A stretch of 64,000 nt of DNA from Solirubrobacteraceae bacterium (GTDB lineage Bacteria > Actinomycetota > Thermoleophilia > Solirubrobacterales > Solirubrobacteraceae), in contig DATMPY010000203.1 in the NCBI GenBank assembly GCA_035566955.1, positions 687 to 64,686 of the forward strand, written 5' to 3'. This document shows, one piece after another, positions 27,669 through 36,897 of the stretch. The translations under genes were made by a program, and so were the position numbers. The stretch's first letter is position 1, and each line of letters starts with the position of its first letter. The notes under the pieces were generated by a model, which was not told where the DNA came from, made no database searches, and was given only the letters and a program-made list of their open reading frames with translations.

Positions 27669-29741
27669 GTGGCACAAAACATCTACATCACGGCGATGGG
27701 TCCCTACAGCGGCAAGTCCGTGGTGGCCCTCGGCTTCATGGAGATGCTCTCGGCGCGCCTGCAGCGCGTCGGCTTCTTCCGTCCGATCATCCGCAGCGCC
27801 ACCGAGCTCGACCCGCAGATCGAACTGATGCGCCATCGCTATCAGCTGCGCTCCGGCTACTCGGAGATGCACGGCCCCACCGTCGACGCGGTGACGGCGC
27901 TGATCGCCCACGGTGCACATGAGGAGATCGAGAAGCAGGTGCTCGCCGTGTACAGGGAGCTCGAGCGCCACTGCGACTTCGTCGTGTGCGAGGGCACCGA
28001 CTTCGTCGGCTCCGCTCCCGCGCTGGACTTCGACCTCAACGCGAACCTGGCCAACCAGCTCGGCTGCCCGGTGCTGGTGGTCCTGAACGGGGCGGCGAGC
28101 GCCGACGTCGTCGAGGAGGTGCAGCTCGCCCGCGAGGCGCTGCAGCGCAAGGACTGTGTGCTATTCGGCGTGATCGTCAACCGCGTCGCGCCCGGGGCCG
28201 TGGACGAGGTCGAGCGCCGGCTCGCGCCGAACACCGGCCAGGAGTGGGTCTACGTGATGCCCGAGCACGCCGAGCTCGACTATCCGAGCGTCGGCGAGAT
28301 CCAGGCCGCCCTCGGCGCCCGTCCGGTGCTGGCCGTGGATGGGATGCTCGACCGTGACGTACGCGAGGTGCGGGTGGCGGCGATGAGCGCCGAGCACTTC
28401 ATCGAGGATCTCGTGGACGGCACCCTCGTGGTGGTGCCGGCCGATCGCTCGGACATCGTCGTCGCGTGCCTCGCCTCGACGCTCTCCCCCTCCTTCCCCG
28501 CGGTCTCCGGGCTGCTGCTGACGGGCGGCTACCAGCTCTCCCCCACCGTGCGGGGGCTGCTCGAGACATCCCCCTTCCCGGTGTTCGAGATCGACGCACG
28601 CACGCACGTCGCCGCGGCCGCCATCTCAAGCGTCAGGCCGGTGCTGCGTGCGGAGAACGAGCGCCGGATCGCCACCGCGCTCGGCGTCTTCGAGCGCAGC
28701 GTGGACAAGGTCGAGCTGCAGATGCGCTTCATGGTGGAGCGCCCGGCGCGGATGACCCCGACGATGTTCGAGTACGAGCTGATCGAGAAGGCCAAGGCGG
28801 CGCGCCGGCGCATCGTGCTGCCCGAGGGCGAGGACGAGCGCGTGCTGCGGGCCGCGGACATCCTGTTGCGTCGCGGCGTGGTCGCCGTGACGGTGCTGGG
28901 CGATCCCGACGTGGTGCGCGCCCGCGCCGCCGCGCTCGGCCTGGACCTGGAGGACGCGCAGATCGTGGACCCCCTGAGCTCGCCGGAGCGCGAGCGCTAC
29001 GGCTCGGTCTACCACGAGCTGCGCAAGCACAAGGGGATGACCGAGGAGCTCGCCTACGACGCGCTCGGCGACCCCACCTACTTCGGCACGATGATGGTCC
29101 ACCTGGGGGAGGTCGATGGCATGGTCTCCGGGGCGGCCCACACGACCGGCGACACGATCCGCCCGGCGTTCGAGTTCATCAAGTCTCGTCCCGGCGTCTC
29201 GGTCGTCTCGAGCGTCTTCTTCATGTGCCTCGCCGACCGCGTGCTGGTCTACGGCGATTGCGCGGTCAACCCCAAGCCCGACAGCGCACAGCTCGCGGAC
29301 ATCGCGATCTCCTCCGCGGACACCGCGGCGGCGTTCGGCATCGCCCCGCGGATCGCGATGCTCTCCTACGCGACCGGCGACTCCGCCAAGGGCGCACAGG
29401 TGGACGCGGTGCGCGTGGCCACCGAAACCGTGCGGCGACTGCGCGGTGATCTCAAGGTCGACGGGCCAATCCAGTACGACGCCGCCGTCGACGCGACCGT
29501 CGCCAAGCTGAAGCTGCCCGACAGCGAGGTCGCCGGCAGCGCGACCGTCTTCATCTTTCCCGACCTCGACACCGGCAACGTCGCCTACAAGGCCGTCCAG
29601 CGCTCATCCGGGGCAGTTGCGATCGGCCCTGTGCTGCAGGGGTTGCGCCGGCCGGTAAACGACCTCAGCCGGGGCTGCTCTGTCACGGATATCGTCAACA
29701 CGGTGGCGATCACCGCGATCCAGGCGCACGAGGGCGGCTGA
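27669..29741 (+). CDS. pta: phosphate acetyltransferase (long form with DRTGG domain)
   Basis: IVLPEGEDERVL, SGAAHTT, DCAVNP, GPIQYDAA, FPDLDTGN..YKAVQR, GPVLQGL..PVNDLSRG. Confidence 0.96.
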   Translation: MAQNIYITAMGPYSGKSVVALGFMEMLSARLQRVGFFRPIIRSATELDPQIELMRHRYQLRSGYSEMHGPTVDAVTALIAHGAHEEIEKQVLAVYRELERHCDFVVCEGTDFVGSAPALDFDLNANLANQLGCPVLVVLNGAASADVVEEVQLAREALQRKDCVLFGVIVNRVAPGAVDEVERRLAPNTGQEWVYVMPEHAELDYPSVGEIQAALGARPVLAVDGMLDRDVREVRVAAMSAEHFIEDLVDGTLVVVPADRSDIVVACLASTLSPSFPAVSGLLLTGGYQLSPTVRGLLETSPFPVFEIDARTHVAAAAISSVRPVLRAENERRIATALGVFERSVDKVELQMRFMVERPARMTPTMFEYELIEKAKAARRRIVLPEGEDERVLRAADILLRRGVVAVTVLGDPDVVRARAAALGLDLEDAQIVDPLSSPERERYGSVYHELRKHKGMTEELAYDALGDPTYFGTMMVHLGEVDGMVSGAAHTTGDTIRPAFEFIKSRPGVSVVSSVFFMCLADRVLVYGDCAVNPKPDSAQLADIAISSADTAAAFGIAPRIAMLSYATGDSAKGAQVDAVRVATETVRRLRGDLKVDGPIQYDAAVDATVAKLKLPDSEVAGSATVFIFPDLDTGNVAYKAVQRSSGAVAIGPVLQGLRRPVNDLSRGCSVTDIVNTVAITAIQAHEGG

Positions 29742-29842
29742 GGGTCGGTCCTTCCAGGAGCGGCCGGCGGGGCGGGGCCGAGGGCGAAAAGGATTAGGAG
29801 GAGGGGGGGTGGGCTCGTGCGGCGTCGACACCCAAGCATCCA

Positions 29843-31003
29843 TCACTGTATCTGGTAGGTGCGCTCCTGCTCCCACAGCAGCTGCCAGAACCGCCGGGGC
29901 ATCGCCGAGAGGACCTGCTCGCGCATGAACAGCGCCACTGGGTTGTTCACGTGCGAGAGTTTCGCCAGTTTCGCGGAACGGTCCACGATCTGGCTGGTGC
30001 GCGGAATGCGCTTGCACTCGTAGGAGTCGAGCCCCGCCTGCACCGCGCCGGGGGCAGAGAGGGGGCCGACCGCGGATAGCTCCCGTCCGAGCACGACGCC
30101 GTCCTCGATCGCCATCCCCGCGCCCTGTCCCAGCGTCGGCGTCGTCGGGTGCGCCGCATCGCCGAGCAACGTCACGCGCCCATCGCGCCAGCGCGCGAGA
30201 GGCTTGCGGTCATAGAGGTCCTCGCGGAAGATCTGCTGCTCAGAGGTCGCTTCGATCACCTGCTGAATCTCTGCGGGCCAGCCGTCGAACGTGTTCAGCA
30301 GGTCCTGCTTGCGGCCGATCGGGGGGTCGATCGCCCCCGCGGGGCGGATCTGGCTGCCCCACCAGAACAGCCGCCTGTCGACCGGGAACATCCCGAAGAT
30401 CGACGCCGGACCGTACACCTGCTGGGCGAAGCTGCGCCCCAGGTCTTTGTGCTCGTACTCGGGCAGCGCCCGCCACACCGTTGCGCCCGAGTATCGCGGC
30501 GCGCGGTCGCCGATCGTCTTCGCGCGGATCACCGAGTGCAGCCCGTCCGCGCCCACCAGCGCCGCGCCCCGCTCCGCGTGGCCGTCGGCGAACAGCGCCG
30601 TGACACCGCTGGCATCCTGGCGAAAGCCGACGCATTGCACGCCGCAGTGGACGATGCTCAGATCGCCAACAGCTCGAGCGAGCATCTCCAGCAGTTCGCC
30701 GCGATGGACGGCAACGACCTCGCCGTGCCAGGGTACCGCCGCCAACGTGCGCCCGTCGCGCCACGAGAGCATCCGCAGGGCCTCGAACCCCGGCCCCGAG
30801 ATCTCCCGCAGCTCATCGCTCAGTCCAAGCATCGACAGCGCCTGTGCCGCCACGCGCTGGATCCCGACACCAGTGCCTAGCTCCCGCAGCTCCGACTGGC
30901 GCTCGAACACCTCCACGGGGACGCCGCTGGCTTTGAGCGCGGCCGCGGCTGTGAGGCCACCGATACCGCCGCCGATCACGAGCACCCGGTCGGAGTCCTG
31001 CAT
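29843..31003 (-). CDS. FAD-dependent aromatic monooxygenase
   Basis: GGGIGG, GADGLHS, GDAAHPTTPTLGQGAGMAIEDG. Confidence 0.92.
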   Translation of the reverse strand: MQDSDRVLVIGGGIGGLTAAAALKASGVPVEVFERQSELRELGTGVGIQRVAAQALSMLGLSDELREISGPGFEALRMLSWRDGRTLAAVPWHGEVVAVHRGELLEMLARAVGDLSIVHCGVQCVGFRQDASGVTALFADGHAERGAALVGADGLHSVIRAKTIGDRAPRYSGATVWRALPEYEHKDLGRSFAQQVYGPASIFGMFPVDRRLFWWGSQIRPAGAIDPPIGRKQDLLNTFDGWPAEIQQVIEATSEQQIFREDLYDRKPLARWRDGRVTLLGDAAHPTTPTLGQGAGMAIEDGVVLGRELSAVGPLSAPGAVQAGLDSYECKRIPRTSQIVDRSAKLAKLSHVNNPVALFMREQVLSAMPRRFWQLLWEQERTYQIQ

Positions 31004-31095
31004 TGGGGAGGACTCTACTGGGCGGGGGGTTGGGGCAGGTCGCGAGCGGTCGCCCGGCCGGCGCAATCGGTGCTTCACGGTGCTACACTAAGACT

Positions 31096-31386
31096 GTGCC
31101 AACTACTCTCCCACGCCATACGATCACCGAGACCCCGCCCGTGCAGGAGGCGCTTGACGAGCTGCGCGCGAAGCTGAATGGCGATCGGATCGATTTCTCA
31201 GAGCTGGTGATCCTCGGCGCCCGCGCGAAGGCCCGCCGGTTGCCCGAGGGAGGTGACACTGAGGAGGCCCGGCAGGCTCGTAGGGAGCTCGCTGAATGGA
31301 TCCGCAATGGCAACGGTCCGATGGTGGACATTGCGGCAGCCGAAGAGGTCAAGCACATCGGGCTGATCGCCAACTACGACGAGTAG
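31096..31386 (+). CDS. putative VapB-type antitoxin
   Basis: 96 aa ORF ending 1 nt before a PIN gene; TACACT -10 lies 6 nt before the GTG. Confidence 0.7.
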   Translation: MPTTLPRHTITETPPVQEALDELRAKLNGDRIDFSELVILGARAKARRLPEGGDTEEARQARRELAEWIRNGNGPMVDIAAAEEVKHIGLIANYDE

Positions 31387-31387
31387 C

Positions 31388-31810
31388 GTGCTGCTGCTCG
31401 ACAACTCGGCTTGGGTGCGCCTGGCCCAAAAAGGAGTTGTCCCAAAGGATCGCGCGAGCACGATCGCGGCGTGGATCGAGCGGCGTGAGATCGCAGTCTG
31501 TCTGCCGTTCCTGCTTGAGGCCGGCTACTCCGCCCGTTCGGCGGCGGATCGCAAAGCGCTGATGGCGCGCTTCGATCGACTCCCGCGAGTCGCAATCGAC
31601 GGTGAGGTGGAACGCATCGCGTTGCAGGCGCAGCGGGAACTTGCCGAGATTGGCCATCACCGCCTCTCGCCGATGGACGTGATGATCGCAGCGTGCGCGC
31701 ACCGTGCGGAAGGGGGCGTGCTGCACTACGACGGCGACTACGACATCCTCGCCGAGCACACCAGCCTCGTGTTCGAGAGCGAGTGGCTCGCTGTGCCGGG
31801 CACGCTTTGA
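31388..31810 (+). CDS. vapC: PIN domain VapC-type toxin
   Basis: LLLDNSAW, E, DVMIAACA, VLHYDGDYD. Confidence 0.9.
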   Translation: MLLLDNSAWVRLAQKGVVPKDRASTIAAWIERREIAVCLPFLLEAGYSARSAADRKALMARFDRLPRVAIDGEVERIALQAQRELAEIGHHRLSPMDVMIAACAHRAEGGVLHYDGDYDILAEHTSLVFESEWLAVPGTL

Positions 31811-31857
31811 TCCGGGGTACCGCACCACGGAGGTCCCCGCTCTGATTCAATGGGGGC

Positions 31858-33954
31858 GTGCGTGGTTCTCAGCTGGGGGGGCAAATCGGCGTTCGAGCGG
31901 GGTTGGCTGCGCTTGCGGTGCTCGTCGTGCTGGCGTGGCGGCCTGCGGTGGGTTCGGCAGAAGTCATCAATACCTCTGGCCCGCTCACCTCGATCCACGT
32001 CGAAAGCGACCTCGGCTGCCAGGTCCAAGCCAGCGGCGACATCGGAGGGAGCTTCTTTCCAAGCTCTGCACCTGGGGCGTGCGGGACTTTCCTGGCCCTC
32101 ACAGCGGGTGAAGACGTCGGCCTTGCCGAAAGCCATCACCTGTTTGGCTCGAACCCGCCGGCCGGCGTCACCCCCGAAGCGGACTTCACCCCCGTCCCCG
32201 GGGAACCACAGAAACTCACCGGCGAAGCCACGGCCGCCAATCCGTTCGTGGTCACCACCCACGACTACGCGGAAGAGCCCATCAAAGGAGCAGAACCCTT
32301 CAAAGTGGCGGAGGTGACTGAGACCGACAGCTACGTTGCCGGCCAGAACAGCTACGAAACGGCGATCACCGTCAAGAACCTCGGCGACTCGAGGCTCGAA
32401 GGCACCCTCTATCACGCTGGCGACTGCTACTTGGCCAATCTCGACGAAGGCTACGGTGCCGAAAACGTGCCTTCCGCCGGCTCCGTAGCCTGCACGATCA
32501 ATCCCAACAACAGCCCGCCGGCCCGTTTCATGGCCTTCACGCCGACCTTCACGACCGGGCCTTCCGTGCAGCACATAGAGGGCTTCTTTGGCACAGTCTG
32601 GTCGTACGTGACCCCGACCGGAACCGAGTTCCCGGACACCGTGGACGTCACGACGCATGAGGACAACGCCATGGGCCTGTCCTGGCCGATCAACCTGAAC
32701 CTCTCGAGCTCAGCAGAAAACTCGGCGACACTGAAGCTCACCACCACGGTCTTGCCCTCCAGCGCCCCAAGCTCCAGCTCGAGCTCCTTCAACGCCAGCG
32801 CCGGCGGCGCATGCGTCTCCGGCGAACAGTTCCCTGTGACGATCTCCGCGGCCAACGGCGTTAAAGCTGTGCACTACATAGTGGACGGGGGAACCGAACA
32901 GACGATTGAAACCAAAGAAGCCAGCCAGGCCTTGATCCCGCTGACACCCGGCCAGCACACGCTTGAATACTGGGCCGAAGACCTGACGGGAGCCCAGGAG
33001 AACCCCCACAACAAAGTGACGGTGATAGCGGCTTCCGGGGCGCCGGGCCTGACGATCACAAGCGAACAGGGAAAGAACAGCTACCTGGTCGGCGAAACTG
33101 CCTCGGTCGCGATTGCTGCCACCGGCCTCGACATCACCAGCAACCCGTCGGCCACCAAAGTGGCGATCTCGACCTCCGCGCCCGGGAGTTTCTCGGTGAC
33201 GCGCTCTGCCACCAACCCGTGCGGCACGACCAGCGCCAGCTACGCCTACACGGTCTCCCGCAACACGCTGTCCACCCTGCCGCCGCCGGTGCTCGGCAAG
33301 ACCGTCAACGTGGAACCGGTCAGCGGCGAAGTGTTCGTCAAGCTGCCGCCGGGGTACGCGAACACGGCGAGCGCGAGCCTCGCGGACCCGCTCCAGGTCT
33401 CCGCGCTGCTCGAGACGGCGGCCACCGAGAGCCTGAGCAAGGGGATCGGCTTCATCCCGCTGCGCGAAGCACGCCAGATCCCAGTGGGCTCAACCCTCGA
33501 AACTACCCGCGGCGTGGCCCGGATCGCCACTGCGACCGCCACGCCGGGTCAGCAGCAGCAGGGCGACTTCGGGGCCGGGATCTTCAAGCTGCTGCAGAAG
33601 CGCCAGCAGAAGGGTTTGACCGAACTGGACATGATCGACAACCGCAGCGCCCACCAGGTCTGTGCGACGGTCGGCAAGGTCAAGGGCAAGGGCCGAGGCA
33701 GGGCCCTCGCGGCCAAGCATCTGAGCTCGAAGGTGCTCGGCCGGATCAACGCCAGCGGGCACGGACACTTCACCGTGCGGGGACAGTACAGCGCGGCGAC
33801 TGTGCGCGGGACGGTCTGGAGCGTGGGCGACCGCTGCGAAGGGACGCTCACGCAGGTCAAGCGCGGCGTGGTAGTGGTCCGCGACTTCCGTCGCCGCAAG
33901 ACGATCACGCTGTTCACCGGCCAGTCCTACCTGGCCAAGGCGCCCCACTACTAG
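31858..33954 (+). CDS. secreted protein with conserved FecR-like C-terminal domain (copy 1)
   Basis: Signal peptide; beta-rich/Ig-like middle (HTLEYWAED..G); C-terminal domain shared with two other ORFs. Confidence 0.8.
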   Translation: MRGSQLGGQIGVRAGLAALAVLVVLAWRPAVGSAEVINTSGPLTSIHVESDLGCQVQASGDIGGSFFPSSAPGACGTFLALTAGEDVGLAESHHLFGSNPPAGVTPEADFTPVPGEPQKLTGEATAANPFVVTTHDYAEEPIKGAEPFKVAEVTETDSYVAGQNSYETAITVKNLGDSRLEGTLYHAGDCYLANLDEGYGAENVPSAGSVACTINPNNSPPARFMAFTPTFTTGPSVQHIEGFFGTVWSYVTPTGTEFPDTVDVTTHEDNAMGLSWPINLNLSSSAENSATLKLTTTVLPSSAPSSSSSSFNASAGGACVSGEQFPVTISAANGVKAVHYIVDGGTEQTIETKEASQALIPLTPGQHTLEYWAEDLTGAQENPHNKVTVIAASGAPGLTITSEQGKNSYLVGETASVAIAATGLDITSNPSATKVAISTSAPGSFSVTRSATNPCGTTSASYAYTVSRNTLSTLPPPVLGKTVNVEPVSGEVFVKLPPGYANTASASLADPLQVSALLETAATESLSKGIGFIPLREARQIPVGSTLETTRGVARIATATATPGQQQQGDFGAGIFKLLQKRQQKGLTELDMIDNRSAHQVCATVGKVKGKGRGRALAAKHLSSKVLGRINASGHGHFTVRGQYSAATVRGTVWSVGDRCEGTLTQVKRGVVVVRDFRRRKTITLFTGQSYLAKAPHY

Positions 33955-33961
33955 GCCGGCG

Positions 33962-36820
33962 ATGCGCTTCGGCAGCAGTCCACGCCCGCGTTCGTACCCA
34001 CGTCCGGCCGCGATCGTGTACGCGGTGCTCGTTGCGATGGTGGCGGCCACGGCCGGGCTAGCCGCGTCGGCGCAGGCCGCGACCTACACCGTGGGGACGC
34101 TCAACGACGAAACCGGTACATGCGCGAATCCTGCCTCCGGCGCCTGTTCGCTGCGGCAGCTGATCAACTACGAGAACTCGCTCCCAGCGACGCCAAGCCC
34201 GCCCGATACCATCGTTGTCCCGGGCGGCAAGTACGGCCTGGCCAACGGGGAACTCCCGATAACCCAGTCGCTTGCGATCCTGGGTGCGGGGGCACGCACC
34301 ACAAACGTAGACGTGCCTGTGGGCGTATCGGGTCGTGTATTCGATATCACGATCCCGAAAGGCGGCAGCACACCCACGGTGGTGATCTCGGGGCTCGAGA
34401 TCTCGGGTGGGACCGCCAATGCGAGCAACGGTTTCTTCGGCGGCGACGTCCACAACACAGCTCAGTTGGTCCTCAACGAGGACTGGATCACCGGAGGCAC
34501 CGCATCCTCGGGAGGCGGGATCTCCAACGACACCGGCACACTAGTCGTCGAGCACTCGCTCGTGTCGGGGAACCATGCTAACACCGGAGGTGGGGATTCG
34601 GGTGGCATCCAGAACCACGGCTCCGCAAACTGTGAAACCTCCTGCACCCCTGGCACGAGGGCGGTCCTGAGCATCGAAAACTCAACAGTTACCGGCAACG
34701 ATGCGCGCGTGGGCGCGGGCATCTTCAGCTGGACCGACAACGGAGTCGCCGACGGTAACGTGGTCTCGGTGATCAACTCGACGATCGCCTACAACAGCAC
34801 CCAGGACGAGAGCGGCACCTGCCCGCCTGCCACAGAAGGCTGCGCCAGGGGCCCGGGCGCAGGACTGCTTGTCAGCGACGGGACGATCGATATTGGGAGC
34901 TCGATCCTCGCGTACAACAGCGAGACGACTGGCGGTAGCTTCACTGCGACCAACTGCTCGACCTTGGGTTCCGCGACGATCCTCTCATTTGGCTACAACC
35001 TCGAGACCGGGAGCGACTGTGGCTTCATATCCACTGGGGACCTACAGAGCACAAATCCGCAGTTCAGCTCGGGAGTTCCGCAGAACAATGGCGGCAACAC
35101 GGATACCCTCGCTCCGAAACCAACCAGTCCTGCGGTTGACGCGATCCCCACCAGCAACCCGTTCTGCGGCGGGATCGACCAGGGCGACGTCACCCGACCG
35201 CAGGGCGCCGGTTGCGACATCGGCGCAGTCGAGCTTGTCCCGTTCACGATCGAAGACACCGAGGGATCTCAGTTCTCGGGTCAGCTCGCCACAGCTGGTT
35301 GCAGCATCTCCGGTACGCCCACGATCAACTGGGGAGACGGGCAGACATCGCCCGCCACGGTGGATGCGACACACTCGCTCATTAGCGGAACCCACACCTA
35401 TGTGGAGGAGGGGATTTTCAACGGCTCGGTCAGCTACAGCGACGACTGCGGCTCGCACAAAGTTGCTTTCCTGGCGAAGGTCGCCGATGTCCCACTGAGC
35501 GCGACCGGGGTACCCGTGAGCGCGACGGCGGGCGTGCAGTTCAGCGCCACAGTGGCGACGTTCACCGACGGCGATCCGGCCGGCACGGCCTCGGACTACA
35601 CGGCGAGCATAAGCTGGGGTGACGGCACAACGTCAACGGCGACGATCGGCTCCGCGGCCAGCGGCGGCTTTGCCGTCACCGGGTCCCACACCTATCCTGG
35701 CGGCGGTACCTACCAGACCAGCGTTGCGATCAGAGACGTGGGGGGAGCAACTGCGACCGCCACAAGCGCCGCCAACGTGGCCAACCCGCCCTCCGGGCCC
35801 CCAACGCTCCTCACGCCATCGCCGCCAACCGTCCTATCGACGACCAGCGCGGCGTTTACGACGACGGTGAACCCGCACGGGTTGGCGGCAACTGTGCACT
35901 TCGAATACGGGCCGTCGCTCGGGGGCGCCAAAGCGGCGGCGATCACCTACGGCTCGGTGACGCCCGACCAGTCGGTGGGCGCAGACTTCGCCAACCACAC
36001 GGTGACGGCGACCGTCACCGGCCTGCTGCCCAATGTGACCTATCACGTGCGCGCGGTGGCCACCAATAATGCGGGCAGCGCGTTGGGCGCCGATCAGACG
36101 CTTCAGACCCCGGCCGATCCACCGCCGCCACCGCCGGTGCTCGGCAAGTCGGTGAACGTGACGCCGGTGTCGGGGATCGTCTACATCGAGCTGCCGCCGG
36201 GCGCCAAACTAGCCTCCGTCTTGCCATCCTCGCCCGGAGTTGAGGCGTTCGCTCCACTCACCGATGGGCGGGCGTTTGCCGCGCTCGCCGACGGACAGGC
36301 GTTCGCGGCGCTCACCAAGGGGCTGAGGTTCATACCGTTGACCGAGGCCCGCCAGATCCCGGTTGGCTCGACCCTCGATACGACCGCCGGCGTTGTGAGC
36401 ATCACCACGGCGACGACGGCCTCCAGGAAGGGCAAGCTGCAGTCCGGCGACTTCGGAGCTGGAATCTTCAAGCTGCTGCAGCAGCGCAGGCAGCGGGGGC
36501 TGACGGAACTGAACATCATCGACAACCACAGCGCCCGTCAGGTCTGCGCGACGGTCGGCAAGGCCCGGATCGCGGCCAAGCAGCCGAGCAACAAAGTGCT
36601 CGGCCGGCTCAACGCCAGTTCGCATGGGCGCTTCACCGCGCGTGGGCACTACAGCGCGGCGACCGTGCGGGGGACGATCTGGAGCGTTGCCAACCAGTGC
36701 GACGGGACGCTCACGCGGGTCAAGCGCGGCGTCGTCTCGGTCCGCGACTTCCGCCGCCGCAAGACGATCACGCTGTTCACCGGGCAGTCCTACCTGGCCC
36801 GAGCCTTCAAACTGGGCTGA
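33962..36820 (+). CDS. secreted beta-helix/choice-of-anchor-Q/PKD-like/FN3 protein with the same C-terminal domain (copy 2)
   Basis: Signal peptide, CSLRQ (CSLREA-like), GGG-N repeats, SPAVDA...RPQGAGCDIGAVE, two WGDG repeats, GLLPNVTYHVRAVATN. Confidence 0.85.
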   Translation: MRFGSSPRPRSYPRPAAIVYAVLVAMVAATAGLAASAQAATYTVGTLNDETGTCANPASGACSLRQLINYENSLPATPSPPDTIVVPGGKYGLANGELPITQSLAILGAGARTTNVDVPVGVSGRVFDITIPKGGSTPTVVISGLEISGGTANASNGFFGGDVHNTAQLVLNEDWITGGTASSGGGISNDTGTLVVEHSLVSGNHANTGGGDSGGIQNHGSANCETSCTPGTRAVLSIENSTVTGNDARVGAGIFSWTDNGVADGNVVSVINSTIAYNSTQDESGTCPPATEGCARGPGAGLLVSDGTIDIGSSILAYNSETTGGSFTATNCSTLGSATILSFGYNLETGSDCGFISTGDLQSTNPQFSSGVPQNNGGNTDTLAPKPTSPAVDAIPTSNPFCGGIDQGDVTRPQGAGCDIGAVELVPFTIEDTEGSQFSGQLATAGCSISGTPTINWGDGQTSPATVDATHSLISGTHTYVEEGIFNGSVSYSDDCGSHKVAFLAKVADVPLSATGVPVSATAGVQFSATVATFTDGDPAGTASDYTASISWGDGTTSTATIGSAASGGFAVTGSHTYPGGGTYQTSVAIRDVGGATATATSAANVANPPSGPPTLLTPSPPTVLSTTSAAFTTTVNPHGLAATVHFEYGPSLGGAKAAAITYGSVTPDQSVGADFANHTVTATVTGLLPNVTYHVRAVATNNAGSALGADQTLQTPADPPPPPPVLGKSVNVTPVSGIVYIELPPGAKLASVLPSSPGVEAFAPLTDGRAFAALADGQAFAALTKGLRFIPLTEARQIPVGSTLDTTAGVVSITTATTASRKGKLQSGDFGAGIFKLLQQRRQRGLTELNIIDNHSARQVCATVGKARIAAKQPSNKVLGRLNASSHGRFTARGHYSAATVRGTIWSVANQCDGTLTRVKRGVVSVRDFRRRKTITLFTGQSYLARAFKLG

Positions 36821-36897
36821 TCCGGGTCCGGCATTGGGGTGGAGTGCCCTCTCAGGTGGAGTAGGGGCCGATCTGCGGCGTCGCCCCGGCGGGACCC

